Origin: a virus
Virus record (IMG/VR): IMGVR_UViG_3300009790_002068
Location: 1-64,000 of that record
Strand: one strand, 5' to 3'
DNA length: 64,000 nucleotides
Shown: one piece after another, positions 63,565 through 64,000 of the stretch
Layout of the letters: the number at the start of each line of letters is the position of its first letter
Numbering within the stretch: position 1 is the first letter of the stretch
Position numbers and translations under genes: made by a program
Notes under the pieces: generated by a model
The model's input: only the letters and a program-made list of their open reading frames with translations
Database searches by the model: none
Told to the model about the DNA's origin: nothing

Positions 63565-64000
63565 ATGAAAATATACTACGATCACGTTTATGGTACAATG
63601 GAAAAACTTGATATCCGTTGTTCCGAAATTCTAGCAAAACACGTTAAACCAGAAGAGGAATTAAAAGCCCTCGACATGGGTTTCCTATGGCATAGCGTAG
63701 AAGGTGATTACGACATATGGTATAATTCACGTTCTGTTAGGGTTGATTTAAGCACTTGGAAAACCAAAAGGAAAAAACCTGTATGGCATAACGTGAAAGA
63801 ACTTAAACGTAACGACCCTCGTTGGCTTCCTATGTACAGCAAGTACATAAAAAGCAAAAACTTATACCCGTATCCAGGAGATGATGAAGTACACAAAGAA
63901 AACAAACTGCTAGGATACTTTGACGATAGCGACAAACTAATAGGCATCTCTAAAATTCGCGAATACGTTGGTGCTTGGGAAACTTGTATATTTGCCCACG
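63565..64000 (+). CDS. putative aminoacyl-tRNA-protein transferase (ATE/Bpt-like), 3'-truncated; absent from the ORF track
   Basis: open frame MKIYYDH...ALDMGF...WYNSRSVRVDL...MYSKY...YFD..DKLIG.S running to the window end. Confidence 0.5.
   Translation, partial: MKIYYDHVYGTMEKLDIRCSEILAKHVKPEEELKALDMGFLWHSVEGDYDIWYNSRSVRVDLSTWKTKRKKPVWHNVKELKRNDPRWLPMYSKYIKSKNLYPYPGDDEVHKENKLLGYFDDSDKLIGISKIREYVGAWETCIFAH

Noticed and set aside
826-63947. Numerous antisense or alternate-frame ORFs (e.g. 4482-4880, 9752-10216, 15915-16448, 25592-25780, 37982-38554, 53142-53510, 63708-63947)
   Set aside because: They lie within well-supported genes, show no motif or RBS and have typical shadow-ORF composition
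1-64000. Alternative genetic code (TAG or TGA recoding), as in some large phages
   Set aside because: Long conserved genes are intact under the standard code, TAG/TGA end genes at sensible positions, and none of the five tRNAs is a suppressor
1-64000. CRISPR array, IS/transposase, integrase, reverse transcriptase or rRNA
   Set aside because: No regularly spaced repeats or corresponding catalytic motifs were seen; the only long repeats found are the promoter cassettes and the subtilase internal duplication

Overview
AT-rich, gene-dense segment of a large T4-distant (Rak2/Atu_ph07-style) myovirus-type phage genome, not a cellular chromosome. The support is a family B DNA polymerase, a putative sliding clamp, a T4-like RNase H and DsbA-like protein, TAAATA-type late promoters, near-consensus sigma70 early promoters and five tRNAs. 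Modules in order: (1) proteostasis (DnaJ, peptide deformylase, ClpA; ClpP lies later); (2) late, probably head-packaged proteins, including a HAD-phosphatase/unknown-domain/CCA-adding-enzyme fusion; (3) replication genes interleaved with nucleotide-sugar enzymes; (4) a dispersed 7-deazaguanine pathway (TGT/DpdA-like, DpdL-like QueD paralogue, glycosyltransferase, FolE, YhhQ, PRTase, QueD, QueE; no QueC in the window), with preQ1-I-like pseudoknots ahead of queD and folE; (5) a tRNA cluster and a lipoprotein subtilase; (6) MoxR/vWA; (7) a minus-strand block of tailoring enzymes. TGCA and GCWGC appear strongly depleted. All calls come from reading motifs by eye; no database search or folding program was run.
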